DNA of 58,849 nt, counting the filler, from an uncultured archaeon (GTDB taxonomy: Archaea > Nanobdellota > Nanobdellia > Woesearchaeales > CAIVOO01): assembly GCA_903842985.1 (NCBI GenBank). It is 5 parts of 5 records of this genome, joined end to end, with 100 filler letters (N's around TTAATTAATTAA, not from the genome) between each part and the next. Parts side by side here need not be neighbours in the genome. Positions count along the whole stretch, not along the records: positions 41,210 to 58,849 come from CAIMOB010000056.1; 4 more parts are not named here. The stretch is one strand, 5' to 3'. The translations under genes were made by a program, and so were the position numbers. This document shows, piece after piece, positions 49,297 through 58,849 of the stretch (position 1 is its first letter; the number at the start of each line of letters is the position of its first letter). The notes under the pieces were generated by a model, which was given only the letters and a program-made list of their open reading frames with translations, ran no database searches and was not told where the DNA came from.

Positions 49297-49368
49297 GGCG
49301 GTAACCGGGAATCGGACCCGGGTCACGGGTTCCACAGACCCGTATACTACCATTGTACGATTACCGCC
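49297..49368 (-). tRNA. tRNA-His(GTG) with encoded G-1
   Basis: G-GCGGTAA...TTACCGC-C; anticodon arm CGGGT-CT-GTG-GA-ACCCG; T-arm CCGGG-TCCGATT-CCCGG. Confidence 0.92.
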
Positions 49369-49451
49369 ATTTGAAATATCACTAGAAAACGGGTTTTATA
49401 AAGGTTTTGGAAAACAAAATGTATTTAAACAGCAAAATACAAATTAAGCGT

Positions 49452-49790
49452 ATGGCGAAAAGGTTGGTGTTCGGAATTCTGGCTTTAATGGCTTTAGCTG
49501 TCCTGCTAAGCAGCTGTCAGCAGAGCACAACGCAGACAACAGCGCCAGCAGAAACCAGCAAAATCATGATAAAGAACTTTGCCTTTAACCCGCAGTCTGT
49601 AACCATTAAGGCAGGCACAAAAGTGATTTGGACAAATTTTGATGCTGAAACGCACGCGCTAAAAAGCACTTTTTTTGAACACACGCTGTACCCAGGCGAC
49701 AGCTATTCATATACATTTAACCTGACAGGCACTTATAATTATTACTGCTTGCTACACTCTCCAGAGAACGGAACAATAATTGTAGAATAA
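49452..49790 (+). CDS. cupredoxin (plastocyanin/amicyanin-like) lipoprotein
   Basis: Lipobox LLSSC; IKNFAFNPQSVTIKAGTKVIWTN.D...H; YYCLLH. Confidence 0.85.
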   Translation: MAKRLVFGILALMALAVLLSSCQQSTTQTTAPAETSKIMIKNFAFNPQSVTIKAGTKVIWTNFDAETHALKSTFFEHTLYPGDSYSYTFNLTGTYNYYCLLHSPENGTIIVE

Positions 49791-49799
49791 ATCTGGCAA

Positions 49800-50732
49800 A
49801 TGAAATATTTAATTTTATCAATTGTATTCTTGACAATAATTTTAGTAATAACCGGCTGCGCCCAAAAACAGCAGACAATTATTGACAGAGAAAGCAGGAT
49901 TCCTGCAGACGCAGTAAAGATAACTCAGGAAGCAGATGTGTCTCCTCCGCAGACCTATTCTGACGAATATGAAAAGCCAGTTCCTGTTCCAGGATTGGTG
50001 AATACGGCAGGCGCAGAGGATTCAGCATTTGTAATGCCTGACGGAGACACATTGTATTTCTTTTTCACCCCGGATGTGAGAGTTCCTGTTGAGAAGCAGG
50101 TGATTGACGGAGTAACGGGCATTTATGTCTCAAAAAAATCAAATAACGAGTGGGGCAAGCCTGAGAGAATATTTCTGCAGGACCCAGGCAAGCTTGCAAT
50201 GGACGGCTGCGAATTTGTCCAGAACAATGTTATGCTGTTCTGCTCAGTAAGGGAAGGCTACACCGATGTGCACTGGTTCAGCGCGGAATACAAGGATGGT
50301 AAATGGCAGAACTGGAAAAATTCAGATTTCAATCCTGATTACAAAGTCGGCGAGCTTCACATAACAAATGACGGAAAGGAGCTCTATTTCCATTCTGACA
50401 GGCCAGGCGGAAAAGGCGGGCTTGACATTTGGGTTTCAAAAAAAGTAAATGGCGAATGGTCAGAGCCTGAAAATGTTGAGGCTGTTAACACAGCAGACAG
50501 CGAAGGCTGGCCTGCGATAAGCCCTGACGGAAATGAGTTGTGGATTTCAAAAAATTACGGCTTGTGGAAGTCAAAGAAAGTTGACAGCAAGTGGCAGACG
50601 CCTGAATTAATTATTTCGCCTCTTGCAGGGGAGGCTTCAATAGACAATGAAGGAAATGTCTATTTCACGCACCATTTCTACAAAGATAACAATATGCTTG
50701 AAGCAGATATTTATGTTGCGTACAAGAAATAG
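49800..50732 (+). CDS. TolB/PD40-like beta-propeller lipoprotein
   Basis: Lipobox ITGC; repeats PDGDTLYF, DGKELYFHSDRPGGKGGLDIW, SPDGNELW. Confidence 0.8.
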   Translation: MKYLILSIVFLTIILVITGCAQKQQTIIDRESRIPADAVKITQEADVSPPQTYSDEYEKPVPVPGLVNTAGAEDSAFVMPDGDTLYFFFTPDVRVPVEKQVIDGVTGIYVSKKSNNEWGKPERIFLQDPGKLAMDGCEFVQNNVMLFCSVREGYTDVHWFSAEYKDGKWQNWKNSDFNPDYKVGELHITNDGKELYFHSDRPGGKGGLDIWVSKKVNGEWSEPENVEAVNTADSEGWPAISPDGNELWISKNYGLWKSKKVDSKWQTPELIISPLAGEASIDNEGNVYFTHHFYKDNNMLEADIYVAYKK

Positions 50733-52661
50733 TTACTTCGTCTTCATCACCCAGGTGCCGTCCCAGCCTTTTGGAGGCGGGCTCTTCTTGAAATCCCTGC
50801 AGCGCTGGATAAATTCTTTCGAAGGATTGTCATTTACTTTAGAAAACTCCTTTATTGCGCTGTCCCATTTCTTTGCAAAATAAAGATTAAGCCCAGCTTC
50901 GTAATGTCTTATTGCCTCTGCGTTTTTCTTTGCCAGCTCCTTCTTAGCGCAGACTAATTCATAAATAAATATTGGCTTCGTCCTCCCCTTAACACTGACT
51001 AAATCCAGTTTTCTTGCTACAAACTCGTCTTTAACCTGCGCATAGGTTGCTTCGCTGATTATTATCTTGACGCCGTACTGCTTTGTCAACCCCTCAAGCC
51101 TCGAGCCCAGATTAATGTTGTCGCCGATTGCAGTGTAATCAAACCTATCATATGAGCCCATGTTCCCTATTACTGCATCGCCTGTATTCAAGCCGACTCC
51201 TATGTCGATGTTTGGCAGTTTCTCCTTTTTCCATTTCTCCTGGATTTCCCCTAATTTTTTTATCATTTCAATTGCTGTTAAACAGGCAAGCCTTGCGTGC
51301 TTTGGCTGGTTCAGCGGAGCATTCCAAAAAGCCATTATTGCGTCGCCTATGTATTTGTCAACGAGGCCGTCATGCTTCAATATTATTGTAGTCATCGCAG
51401 ACAGATACTCATTAAGCAGGCGGACAAGCTGTTCAGGCTTTAATTTCTCCGAAATCGAAGTGAAGCCCCTTATGTCAGAGAACAAAATTGTCACATTCCT
51501 CTTCTCCCCGCCGAGCTTCAGCTTATCAGGATGCTTCGCTATCTGCTCCACAATTATTGGCGAAACATATTTTCCGAATGCGCCCATTATCTTTTTCTTG
51601 GACTTCTGCTCTGTCAGATATGAGTAAGCCAGAACAGAAACATATGAAAACAATATCACTGCAGGGATGTAGACAAAATTCATTATGACGCCAAATTCAA
51701 AAATCTTTATTGAAACAAGCATGTAAATGAAAAACATTGCAAATGATATCGCGGCTGAAATCCAGATATGAAGCCTGTCAACAAGAACAGCTACAATCGC
51801 GGCAAAGATAAACAGTGAAAGTATTACCAGCCATTTCGGCTCGTTGCCTAGGAACCGCTTAGTAATCATCGTCTGCACAGTATTCGCGTGAATCTCGACG
51901 CCGGGCATTGCCTTGCCTGCTGATGTCGGCACGAAATAGTCGTCGTGCATGTCAGGCGATGTTGCGCCTATGAAGACGAGCTTTCCCTTGAAAACGCTTT
52001 TATTCACGCGCCCATGGATGAGGTCTGTAAATGAATAGTACTTGAAGCTTCCCGGCTTTCCCACAAAATTCAAAAGAAACCTGTTTGTTGGTTTTACATC
52101 ATCTCTCCAATAAATATCATAAACAACCTGCGCGAAATTCCTGTATTCGTCGCTGACATCAAGGTTCACAGCCCTTGTAACGCCGTCGGCGTCAGTCACG
52201 ACATTCACATAGCCAAGGCCTTTGGCGTACTTTCCAAGCTCGCCAACAGGGTAGAGCATTTTATTCCCGACAATCCTGTCTCCTTTCTTTTCAAAGGACA
52301 TGTATTCAACAGGTATCACAACATTGCCAGAATTCTTCAGCGCCTCTGCAAATTTCTGGTCAATGGCCTTGTCAGACTCCTCAAAAAATGCGACATCAAT
52401 TCCCACAACCTTGCTCTCATTAAGAAAATTAACAACCTCTGCGAAATTTTCCCTGTTCCACGGCCATCTTCCAATCTCCTGCAGGCTCTTGTCGTCAATC
52501 GCAACAATCACTATGCTGTCAAGCGCGTTCCTTCCGCCGTAAAGATTGTCAGAAAGCTTCAGCTGTATGTTTGAATAGAACCCAAAATAAAAAAGCAGAG
52601 AAAAAACCAATGCACAAGCCAGAGAAATCGCCAAGCAAACGCCTGTTTTAGCCCTGTGCAT
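50733..52661 (-). CDS. CHASE2-domain class III adenylate/guanylate cyclase
   Basis: IVAIDDKSL..IGRWPW.R, PGVEIHAN (CHASE2); 3 TM; FSDIRGFT, DKYIGDAIMAFW, TAIGD.INLGSRLE. Confidence 0.94.
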   Translation of the reverse strand: MHRAKTGVCLAISLACALVFSLLFYFGFYSNIQLKLSDNLYGGRNALDSIVIVAIDDKSLQEIGRWPWNRENFAEVVNFLNESKVVGIDVAFFEESDKAIDQKFAEALKNSGNVVIPVEYMSFEKKGDRIVGNKMLYPVGELGKYAKGLGYVNVVTDADGVTRAVNLDVSDEYRNFAQVVYDIYWRDDVKPTNRFLLNFVGKPGSFKYYSFTDLIHGRVNKSVFKGKLVFIGATSPDMHDDYFVPTSAGKAMPGVEIHANTVQTMITKRFLGNEPKWLVILSLFIFAAIVAVLVDRLHIWISAAISFAMFFIYMLVSIKIFEFGVIMNFVYIPAVILFSYVSVLAYSYLTEQKSKKKIMGAFGKYVSPIIVEQIAKHPDKLKLGGEKRNVTILFSDIRGFTSISEKLKPEQLVRLLNEYLSAMTTIILKHDGLVDKYIGDAIMAFWNAPLNQPKHARLACLTAIEMIKKLGEIQEKWKKEKLPNIDIGVGLNTGDAVIGNMGSYDRFDYTAIGDNINLGSRLEGLTKQYGVKIIISEATYAQVKDEFVARKLDLVSVKGRTKPIFIYELVCAKKELAKKNAEAIRHYEAGLNLYFAKKWDSAIKEFSKVNDNPSKEFIQRCRDFKKSPPPKGWDGTWVMKTK

Positions 52662-52671
52662 TTTCCATTAA

Positions 52672-53541
52672 CTACTTTCCTCCCATTAATTTATGTATCT
52701 GCTGATTCTGTTTCCTGATTTTTTTGTTCAGCGCGATTATGTTGTTGACAGAATCCTTTGCAAACGGAATCTTATCCAGAGGTATTGGCATCTTTTTCAT
52801 GACCTCTCCTTCTGTCAGATTGCCGCTGTCAAGCTTTTCAAACCCTCTGCCTATGTCTGCGTCAGTTAAATTGCGCATTTTCTTTATCCTGTCAAGCAAG
52901 AATTTGTGCTTCTGCAGCTGCGCCATTCTCAGCTCCTTAAGTTTTTCAAGGCTTTTTGCCAGCCTGTTTATGATAAACTGCTTTTCTTCAGGCGTCAAAT
53001 CAAGTTCGCTTAGCTTGCCCATTAAAAACGCAGACTTCTTCCCCTCAAGTATCCTAAGCTTCTGCCCTTGTGACTCAACATCAACCTCGCCTTCGCCAAC
53101 CATGACTTCAGAAAGATTTACTCCAAACTCTGTCCCTCTCACAGTTGCGACTGTCGTGGGAGTTTCTACCTCATATCCATTAACACCGCTGAGCCCTGTG
53201 AACTTGTTCCAGGTTGTTCCGCTTTCCTGCTTTACTGCAACCTTATCTTTTGCCAGGTCGCTTATCGAAATCTCTGTATTCTTATCAAGCTGTACGATTA
53301 TGCTTTCATAAAGAATTACTGATGCTTCGCCGTCAGCTGTCCTTACTTTGTCATTCAGCGAAAGGTCCATGCTGTCTGTTGCAGGCATCCAGCCGCTGCC
53401 TTGGTTAACTTCAACAGCTCCGCTGTCTATTTTCAGGTATGCTGTCCTTGTGCTTGTTCCTGTAACAGAAACAAACCCGACAATTGCCAGTACAATCAAA
53501 ACAGCTACTGTGATTAGTATGATTTTAAGCGTTTTTTTCAT
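52672..53541 (-). CDS. FecR-domain membrane-anchored protein
   Basis: N-terminal TM; G.VEV, DKVRT, VETPTTVATVRGTEF. Confidence 0.85.
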   Translation of the reverse strand: MKKTLKIILITVAVLIVLAIVGFVSVTGTSTRTAYLKIDSGAVEVNQGSGWMPATDSMDLSLNDKVRTADGEASVILYESIIVQLDKNTEISISDLAKDKVAVKQESGTTWNKFTGLSGVNGYEVETPTTVATVRGTEFGVNLSEVMVGEGEVDVESQGQKLRILEGKKSAFLMGKLSELDLTPEEKQFIINRLAKSLEKLKELRMAQLQKHKFLLDRIKKMRNLTDADIGRGFEKLDSGNLTEGEVMKKMPIPLDKIPFAKDSVNNIIALNKKIRKQNQQIHKLMGGK

Positions 53542-55430
53542 TTTAACCTTACCGCTTCCAAATTCCTTGGACAGCTTGTCTCGACGCGGTACTGCCTGTG
53601 CATCGAGCTTGCCAAATCAAGGCATCTCGAGCTTTCGCCGTGGTTGACTATTATTTTCTTCGGCCTCGGTTCGCATTTGTAGACAAAGTTCATCAGCTGC
53701 TTCCTGTCTGAGTGGTCTGTTATCTCAAACCTTGTCACTTCCATGTTCACCTTCATTACTTCATGCTTTGTCCCCTCTGTGAATGTGAATTCTGTCTCGC
53801 CATTCCTTATTCTCCAGCCGAGCGAGCCCTCCGGCTGATAGCATGAGAAAATCAGTGTATTCCTTTGGCTGCCTGCCAGCGCCTTCAGGTACTCAACAGA
53901 CGGGCCTCCGACAAGCATTCCCGATGTTGCAAGGATTATGCAGCTTCCCTCTTCTTCAAGTATCTGGTCCCTCTCCTTTTTCGAGCCGACTCTTTTGAAT
54001 ATGTCCGACAAGAATGGATTTTCGTCCTTGTGGAAAATCAGCTTTCTTATGTTGCTGTTCAGGAATTCAGGATAAGCTGTGTGGATTGCAGTGACGTCCC
54101 AAACCATTCCGTCTATGTAGACAGGAATCTTCTCGATTTCTCCCCTCCTTATCATATCCTCAACAATAATCATCATGTCCTGCCCTCTTCCTGTGCCAAG
54201 CACCGGAATTAGGATTTTTCCCTTTCTTTTTACTGTCTCCTTGACAACCAGCTTGAATTCTTCTTCCTCTTCCTTCAGCGGAGGCAGTATGTTGTCCTTT
54301 CCGCCGTATGTGCTTTCAATCATCAAGGATTCGAGCCTTGGAAATTGTGTTGCGGCTGACTCGAGCAGCTCTGTCCTTCCGAATTTCAGGTCGCCTGTGT
54401 AAAGGATGTTGTGCAACCCGTTTCCGACGTGCATATGGACCATAGAACTTCCAAGAATGTGACCTGCGTTGTAAAGTGTAAGGCGCACATCAGGTGTGAT
54501 GTCAGAAACCTCTTCATAGTCAAGGCAGATTGTGTGCTTGACCATCTCCTTAACATCCTCGCTTGTGTAAATCGGATCTTTTCCTTCGCTCTGCTGTATC
54601 TTGACAAAGTCAAGCTGAAGCAGAGCCATTATGTCCCTTGTCGGCGCTGTGCAGTAGGTCGGGCCCTTGTAGCCGAACTTGTAAAGATAGGGAAGAAAAC
54701 CAGAATGGTCCAAATGAGCGTGAGTTATGATGACTGCGTCAAGCTCGTCAATCTTGAATTCAGGCGCTTCGAGCTTCGGATATGCATGCTCGCTTTCTGC
54801 TGCGACGTTTATTCCGCAGTCAAGCATCACCCTTGACTCAGGCGTCTGCAGAAGCATGCAGCTTCTTCCGACCTGCCTTGCCCCGCCGAGATAGGAAACC
54901 CTTATCCATTCATTCTTCTTTCCCCTCATCCAGCCGTCGTAAATCCTGTGCCCGATTTTGTTCAGGAATTTTCTCCTGTAATCAGAATTCTGGTACAGAA
55001 CATTTCTTATGTTCTCTATCAAACTGGATTTTATTGCCGGCGTCCTTCTTATCAGCGGAACCCAGAGCGTTTTCTGCTTTATCTCCCTCAGAAGTTCGCC
55101 CTGCTTTCCGATTGCAAGCCCCGGTTTCTCAACTTCAATGATGACTCTTGACCTTTGCGAGTCAAAGATTATGTTTGAAACGCCTGACTCTGCAGGAATT
55201 ATGCTCTTGATTTCTTTTTCTGCCTTCTCCTGGTTTAATGTTATCGAAGGGTCCGGCCTTAATTCTATCCTTTTCTTCAGCTCGTCAACAATCGCCCTTA
55301 TCTTTGTGCCTGGCTCAAGGAAAAAATCCTTGTCCTTGGTGTAGAGGACTATGTTCGCACCCTCGAATACAGCGTCAGCTATTTCATCTCCTGGCAGTTT
55401 GCTTAAAATTTCTTTTATTATGTCTCCCAT
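53538..55430 (-). CDS. fttA: KH-domain beta-CASP ribonuclease aCPSF1 (FttA)
   Basis: FEG..IVLY, KPGLAIGK (KH), THAHLDHSG, AGHILGS, ESTYGG, HSDR, NHGE. Confidence 0.95.
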   Translation of the reverse strand: MGDIIKEILSKLPGDEIADAVFEGANIVLYTKDKDFFLEPGTKIRAIVDELKKRIELRPDPSITLNQEKAEKEIKSIIPAESGVSNIIFDSQRSRVIIEVEKPGLAIGKQGELLREIKQKTLWVPLIRRTPAIKSSLIENIRNVLYQNSDYRRKFLNKIGHRIYDGWMRGKKNEWIRVSYLGGARQVGRSCMLLQTPESRVMLDCGINVAAESEHAYPKLEAPEFKIDELDAVIITHAHLDHSGFLPYLYKFGYKGPTYCTAPTRDIMALLQLDFVKIQQSEGKDPIYTSEDVKEMVKHTICLDYEEVSDITPDVRLTLYNAGHILGSSMVHMHVGNGLHNILYTGDLKFGRTELLESAATQFPRLESLMIESTYGGKDNILPPLKEEEEEFKLVVKETVKRKGKILIPVLGTGRGQDMMIIVEDMIRRGEIEKIPVYIDGMVWDVTAIHTAYPEFLNSNIRKLIFHKDENPFLSDIFKRVGSKKERDQILEEEGSCIILATSGMLVGGPSVEYLKALAGSQRNTLIFSCYQPEGSLGWRIRNGETEFTFTEGTKHEVMKVNMEVTRFEITDHSDRKQLMNFVYKCEPRPKKIIVNHGESSRCLDLASSMHRQYRVETSCPRNLEAVRLK

Positions 55431-55470
55431 TCAAGAACCTCTATTTCTAAATCCCTTCAGAATAGGTTGA

Positions 55471-56103
55471 TTATAACTCTACTTTCAATTGAAGTTTTTT
55501 TGCCGCTACTCTTTTTAGCCCTTCTTTTGTCACAGTCATTATATCAAAGCCAGAGCCTGATGCTGAATCCCTCTGGATTGCTGCGTTCAACCCCTTCACA
55601 GCCAGCTGAACTCCTTCGCTCACGCTAAGCTCTTTTTTGTAAAGTGTCTCCAAAACGCCGTAGACCATGTCGCTTCCTGAGCCTGATGCAACATAATCAT
55701 CAATAGGCATCACAGAGCCGTCAAAGTTTATTTCGTAGGTGTGGAATCCTTCCTTGTCCATTCCGCCCAGCAGGAATTGTGAAATTCCCGGTATCAGGCT
55801 GAACTTTCTTATGTTTGAGTAAACCATCCCTGCAAGAAGATTTGCTGCCTCCTTGTTTGTCACGTCCCTGCCTGTCCTTACTCTCATTAGTCCTATCTGT
55901 GCCCTTGCAATCTTTATTAGAAGCTGTATGTCTGAGACAGTTCCTGCAACAGTCAGCAGCATTTTGTCTGACAGTTCGTAGATTTTCGGGCAGTCTTTGT
56001 TGGCAATAATGTTTCCTGCAGTCGCTCTCCTGTCTGCAGCTACGACTATTCCATCCTTGCACATAATAACCATTGTTGTTGTGCCGGTTTTTACTTCTTT
56101 CAT
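55471..56103 (-). CDS. psmB: proteasome beta subunit
   Basis: KTG/TTT propeptide site, AADRRAT, SGSGS, RDSASG. Confidence 0.95.
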   Translation of the reverse strand: MKEVKTGTTTMVIMCKDGIVVAADRRATAGNIIANKDCPKIYELSDKMLLTVAGTVSDIQLLIKIARAQIGLMRVRTGRDVTNKEAANLLAGMVYSNIRKFSLIPGISQFLLGGMDKEGFHTYEINFDGSVMPIDDYVASGSGSDMVYGVLETLYKKELSVSEGVQLAVKGLNAAIQRDSASGSGFDIMTVTKEGLKRVAAKKLQLKVEL

Positions 56104-56268
56104 TATGGCCCCATATTCATCTTAGAATATCTATTGAGGTGTTAAATTAGAGGTGGTATTTAAAGGTTTCGGGAGTGTGTCTTGCAGTTAGTATATATTT
56201 CAGCGCCTGGAACTGAACTTAGGCACTTTCAGAAAACATTATAAAAGGAATAATTCTATACCATCATT

Positions 56269-57438
56269 ATGTATGAATTTACCCTGCCGGATTACAATGG
56301 AAACAGCATTATTAATTTAATGAGTTCTATTTCAAATAGTTTTGGAAAAAAACATTCGTATCCTGAGCTTGTTTCATTAAATTCCAAAAGATTAAAGAGA
56401 TTTAAGAATCTAGTTTTAATTATAATTGACGGGTTAGGATACAATTACTTAAAAAAACAAAAAAATTCTTTTTTGCTGGAAAATCTTGATTCAAAAATGA
56501 CTTCTACTTTTTTAGCTACCACTGCATGCGCGAACACTTCATTTTTAGTTGGCTATCCGCCGCAGCAGCATGCACTTACTGGCTGGAACATTAATCTCAA
56601 GGAAGTCGGGGCAATAACTACAATTTTGCGCTTTGCCCCAATGTATGGCAAGGAGTCTTTGTCCAAATCAGGATTTGAGATGGACAAAATCATGGACATT
56701 GAATCATTCCATAAAGGATTTAACGGAAAATGTTTCGAATTAATCGACAAAAAAATTGCCGATGGCCCATTTACAGAATATGTTTCAAAAGACACTGAAA
56801 TAATACCAACAACAAATTACAAAAATACTTTTACAAAATTAAGGGCTTTAATCAAAAAGAAATCGACAAAAAGAAGATTAATTCATGCATATATTTATGA
56901 GTTAGATTCATTATCGCATAAAGAAGGTGTCAGCAGCAAAAAAGTCAATGCTCTTTTCCGGGATTTGGATGCGCGAATGAAGAATTTAGCTAAATCAGTC
57001 AGTGGAACAAATACTGCGATAATTGTTACTGCGGACCATGGTTTTATTGACACCGCCCCCAAAACCTGGATATGGGTTGAAAAAATAAAAGGGTTGAAAG
57101 ATTGCCTGACAATCCCCCTTGCAGGAGAGTCGAGGGTGAGGGATTGCTTTGTCAGACCCAGCAAAGCAAAGGATTTTGAAAAAATTGTAAAAACCAAGAT
57201 GTCAAAATACTGCTGGTGTTTCAAGGGAGAGCAGTTGATTAAAGACAACCTTTACGGACTGGGAAAACCAAACAAAAAATTAATCGACAGAGTTGGCGAT
57301 TATGTGCTGATAATGAAGAAAAATTATGCTTTAAAAGACAAGCTCGCAAATTATAAACCAAAGAAATTACATAAAGGAAAGCACGGTGGAGTGAGCGATG
57401 ATGAGATGCTTGTTCCTCTGGTTCTTATAGACTGTTAA
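56269..57438 (+). CDS. alkaline phosphatase superfamily (nucleotide pyrophosphatase/phosphodiesterase)
   Basis: IIDGLG, STF..TT, LDSLSH, TADHG, GKHGG...EM.VPL. Confidence 0.88.
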   Translation: MYEFTLPDYNGNSIINLMSSISNSFGKKHSYPELVSLNSKRLKRFKNLVLIIIDGLGYNYLKKQKNSFLLENLDSKMTSTFLATTACANTSFLVGYPPQQHALTGWNINLKEVGAITTILRFAPMYGKESLSKSGFEMDKIMDIESFHKGFNGKCFELIDKKIADGPFTEYVSKDTEIIPTTNYKNTFTKLRALIKKKSTKRRLIHAYIYELDSLSHKEGVSSKKVNALFRDLDARMKNLAKSVSGTNTAIIVTADHGFIDTAPKTWIWVEKIKGLKDCLTIPLAGESRVRDCFVRPSKAKDFEKIVKTKMSKYCWCFKGEQLIKDNLYGLGKPNKKLIDRVGDYVLIMKKNYALKDKLANYKPKKLHKGKHGGVSDDEMLVPLVLIDC

Positions 57439-57451
57439 ATTTTTGAATTGC

Positions 57452-58048
57452 TTAAATCAATTCAGGGTAAAATGAATCTAAAATTTGCTGCTCCAAATGC
57501 CCGTTTCTAGTTACTATGCGGATTTTTTCATGCGGTCTTGTCATTTTATAATCGCTTTTTTTGAGATTCAAATGCGCCCATGCTTCGTCATCCAATTCAA
57601 AAATCCTTTGTGCCAGGCTCTCCCTTAACTGCACGAAATCGTCGTGCTTTGGGTTTTTCCTTATTTTGGAATTTTCAAAGTGCGCCTTGGTTATGCTGAA
57701 AGGAAACAAGAACAAAGACCTCAGATACAAAGCATTTCTCAGCATTTTTTCTGTTGGATAATTTCTCTGCATGTCCCTTGCAATTGAATGGTAAACAAAA
57801 GCGTAAAAGCGCCTTGCACTTATATCTTCGTCAAACCTGTACAGCTGCCCTTTGTTTATTACGCCTCCATTGTCATAGGCAGATGCTTTTACTTCAACAT
57901 AAAAAGAACCGTCTTTGGAAACCAAGTCCGGCACAATTCCCAGCGCATGCGGGTCTGTTCTTTCTAATTCAAATATTCTCCTTACTTTTCTCTCGAAAAA
58001 ATCCCCGACAACCTGTGTTGCGCTGTACATGCTTATGGCAATTACCAT
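57452..58048 (-). CDS. PD-(D/E)XK nuclease-like protein
   Basis: GDFFE...PDL...YVEVKAS motif arrangement. Confidence 0.65.
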   Translation of the reverse strand: MVIAISMYSATQVVGDFFERKVRRIFELERTDPHALGIVPDLVSKDGSFYVEVKASAYDNGGVINKGQLYRFDEDISARRFYAFVYHSIARDMQRNYPTEKMLRNALYLRSLFLFPFSITKAHFENSKIRKNPKHDDFVQLRESLAQRIFELDDEAWAHLNLKKSDYKMTRPHEKIRIVTRNGHLEQQILDSFYPELI

Positions 58049-58134
58049 AAATTATAAAAAGCTATCGCGCCTTAAACTGAACTTTCTCCTCATCTTACAA
58101 AAACATTTATATAATCAAAAGGCATACAATAAAA

Positions 58135-58737
58135 ATGGCAGACACAAACCCATCAAAACCAAATCTGTTCTACAAATCACTGGGGATTTTTCTGGGGATT
58201 ATGATATTTTTCCTGGCTCTCTTTTTCTTGTCTCAGGCAGGATACATAACTCTTCCGTTTGCTCAAGAATCTGCTCAAGAGCAGCATGAAGGCAATGAAG
58301 TGCCGGTTAAGAACAATACCGTTGTTCCAAATGAAGCGCCAGAAATATTTGACGTGAAAATCAGCTCTTTAACTTGCAAATGGACAGTCAAAACAGGAGA
58401 CTATGGAGTCAAAAGCGACTGCGTCCGAATCATATCAAGAGGAACAGCGCAGGGGCCTGTTGGCGCGCGTGTCGAGCTTCCGCTTCTTTCATGGTCAACT
58501 GATTTGTTTGACTGCGGCGCCTGGACGCACAAAACAGGGGCGCTTATCACAGTCGGGCACACCTGCGTCAGGAACGAAGGCCAGCCTGAATCAACAAGCT
58601 GGACAGTGGACACCGAAGGCGACGACTGCCCCACTAAGAATTATTACGACAGCGAGCGTTCCCACAGCGTCAAGATTTACAACGACGGTGACTTAGAGCC
58701 TCAGAAAGAAGACAGCAAAAGCGTTGTGTGCCAGTAA
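58135..58737 (+). CDS. membrane-anchored exported protein with 6 Cys
   Basis: N-terminal TM and a beta-rich Cys-containing ectodomain. Confidence 0.65.
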   Translation: MADTNPSKPNLFYKSLGIFLGIMIFFLALFFLSQAGYITLPFAQESAQEQHEGNEVPVKNNTVVPNEAPEIFDVKISSLTCKWTVKTGDYGVKSDCVRIISRGTAQGPVGARVELPLLSWSTDLFDCGAWTHKTGALITVGHTCVRNEGQPESTSWTVDTEGDDCPTKNYYDSERSHSVKIYNDGDLEPQKEDSKSVVCQ

Positions 58738-58849
58738 GGCAGGTGATCATTTATATTTCTTCATCTCAACCCTAAATTGGCAAAATATTGAATCGGTACC
58801 CAGAATAATGCAAAAGAGGCTCTTAGTGCGTAACCGAGATCGGTATAAG

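Noticed and set aside
58760..58849. Possible ncRNA at the window end (repeated ATCGGTA)
   Set aside because: Too short and truncated; no recognisable tRNA, 5S, SRP or RNase P motif.

Overview
The window is five contigs joined by artificial N-TTAATTAATTAA-N linkers (1-7355, 7456-9473, 9574-38851, 38952-41109, 41210-58849), so genes on either side of a linker are not true neighbours. Most of it is archaeal, with a gene set resembling DPANN/Woesearchaeota (inference): aIF-1A, Sm, rpl37e, rps8e, rps17e, Alba, proteasome beta, aCPSF1, Dph2, intron-containing tRNA-Leu, TATA-box promoters, plus bacterial-type GyrB, LspA and CspA. The 7456-9473 contig looks bacterial. The main feature is a diversity-generating retroelement (DGR) at 37274-38851 (- strand). 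It has a DGR-type reverse transcriptase, an 85-bp template repeat (TR) and an 85-bp variable repeat (VR) that differ at 14 positions, all TR adenines. The VR lies inside its target gene, followed by an in-gene GAA-loop hairpin, and a short hairpin-rich non-coding spacer, not an avd gene, lies between target and TR. Other notable items: a 35-bp palindrome+TATA element shared by two unlinked promoters, a non-catalytic Nus1/NgBR-like cis-prenyltransferase, an operon of three related coiled-coil proteins, a FecR/CHASE2-cyclase module attached to the psmB-aCPSF1 operon, and a cupredoxin and a thioredoxin with altered active-site residues.
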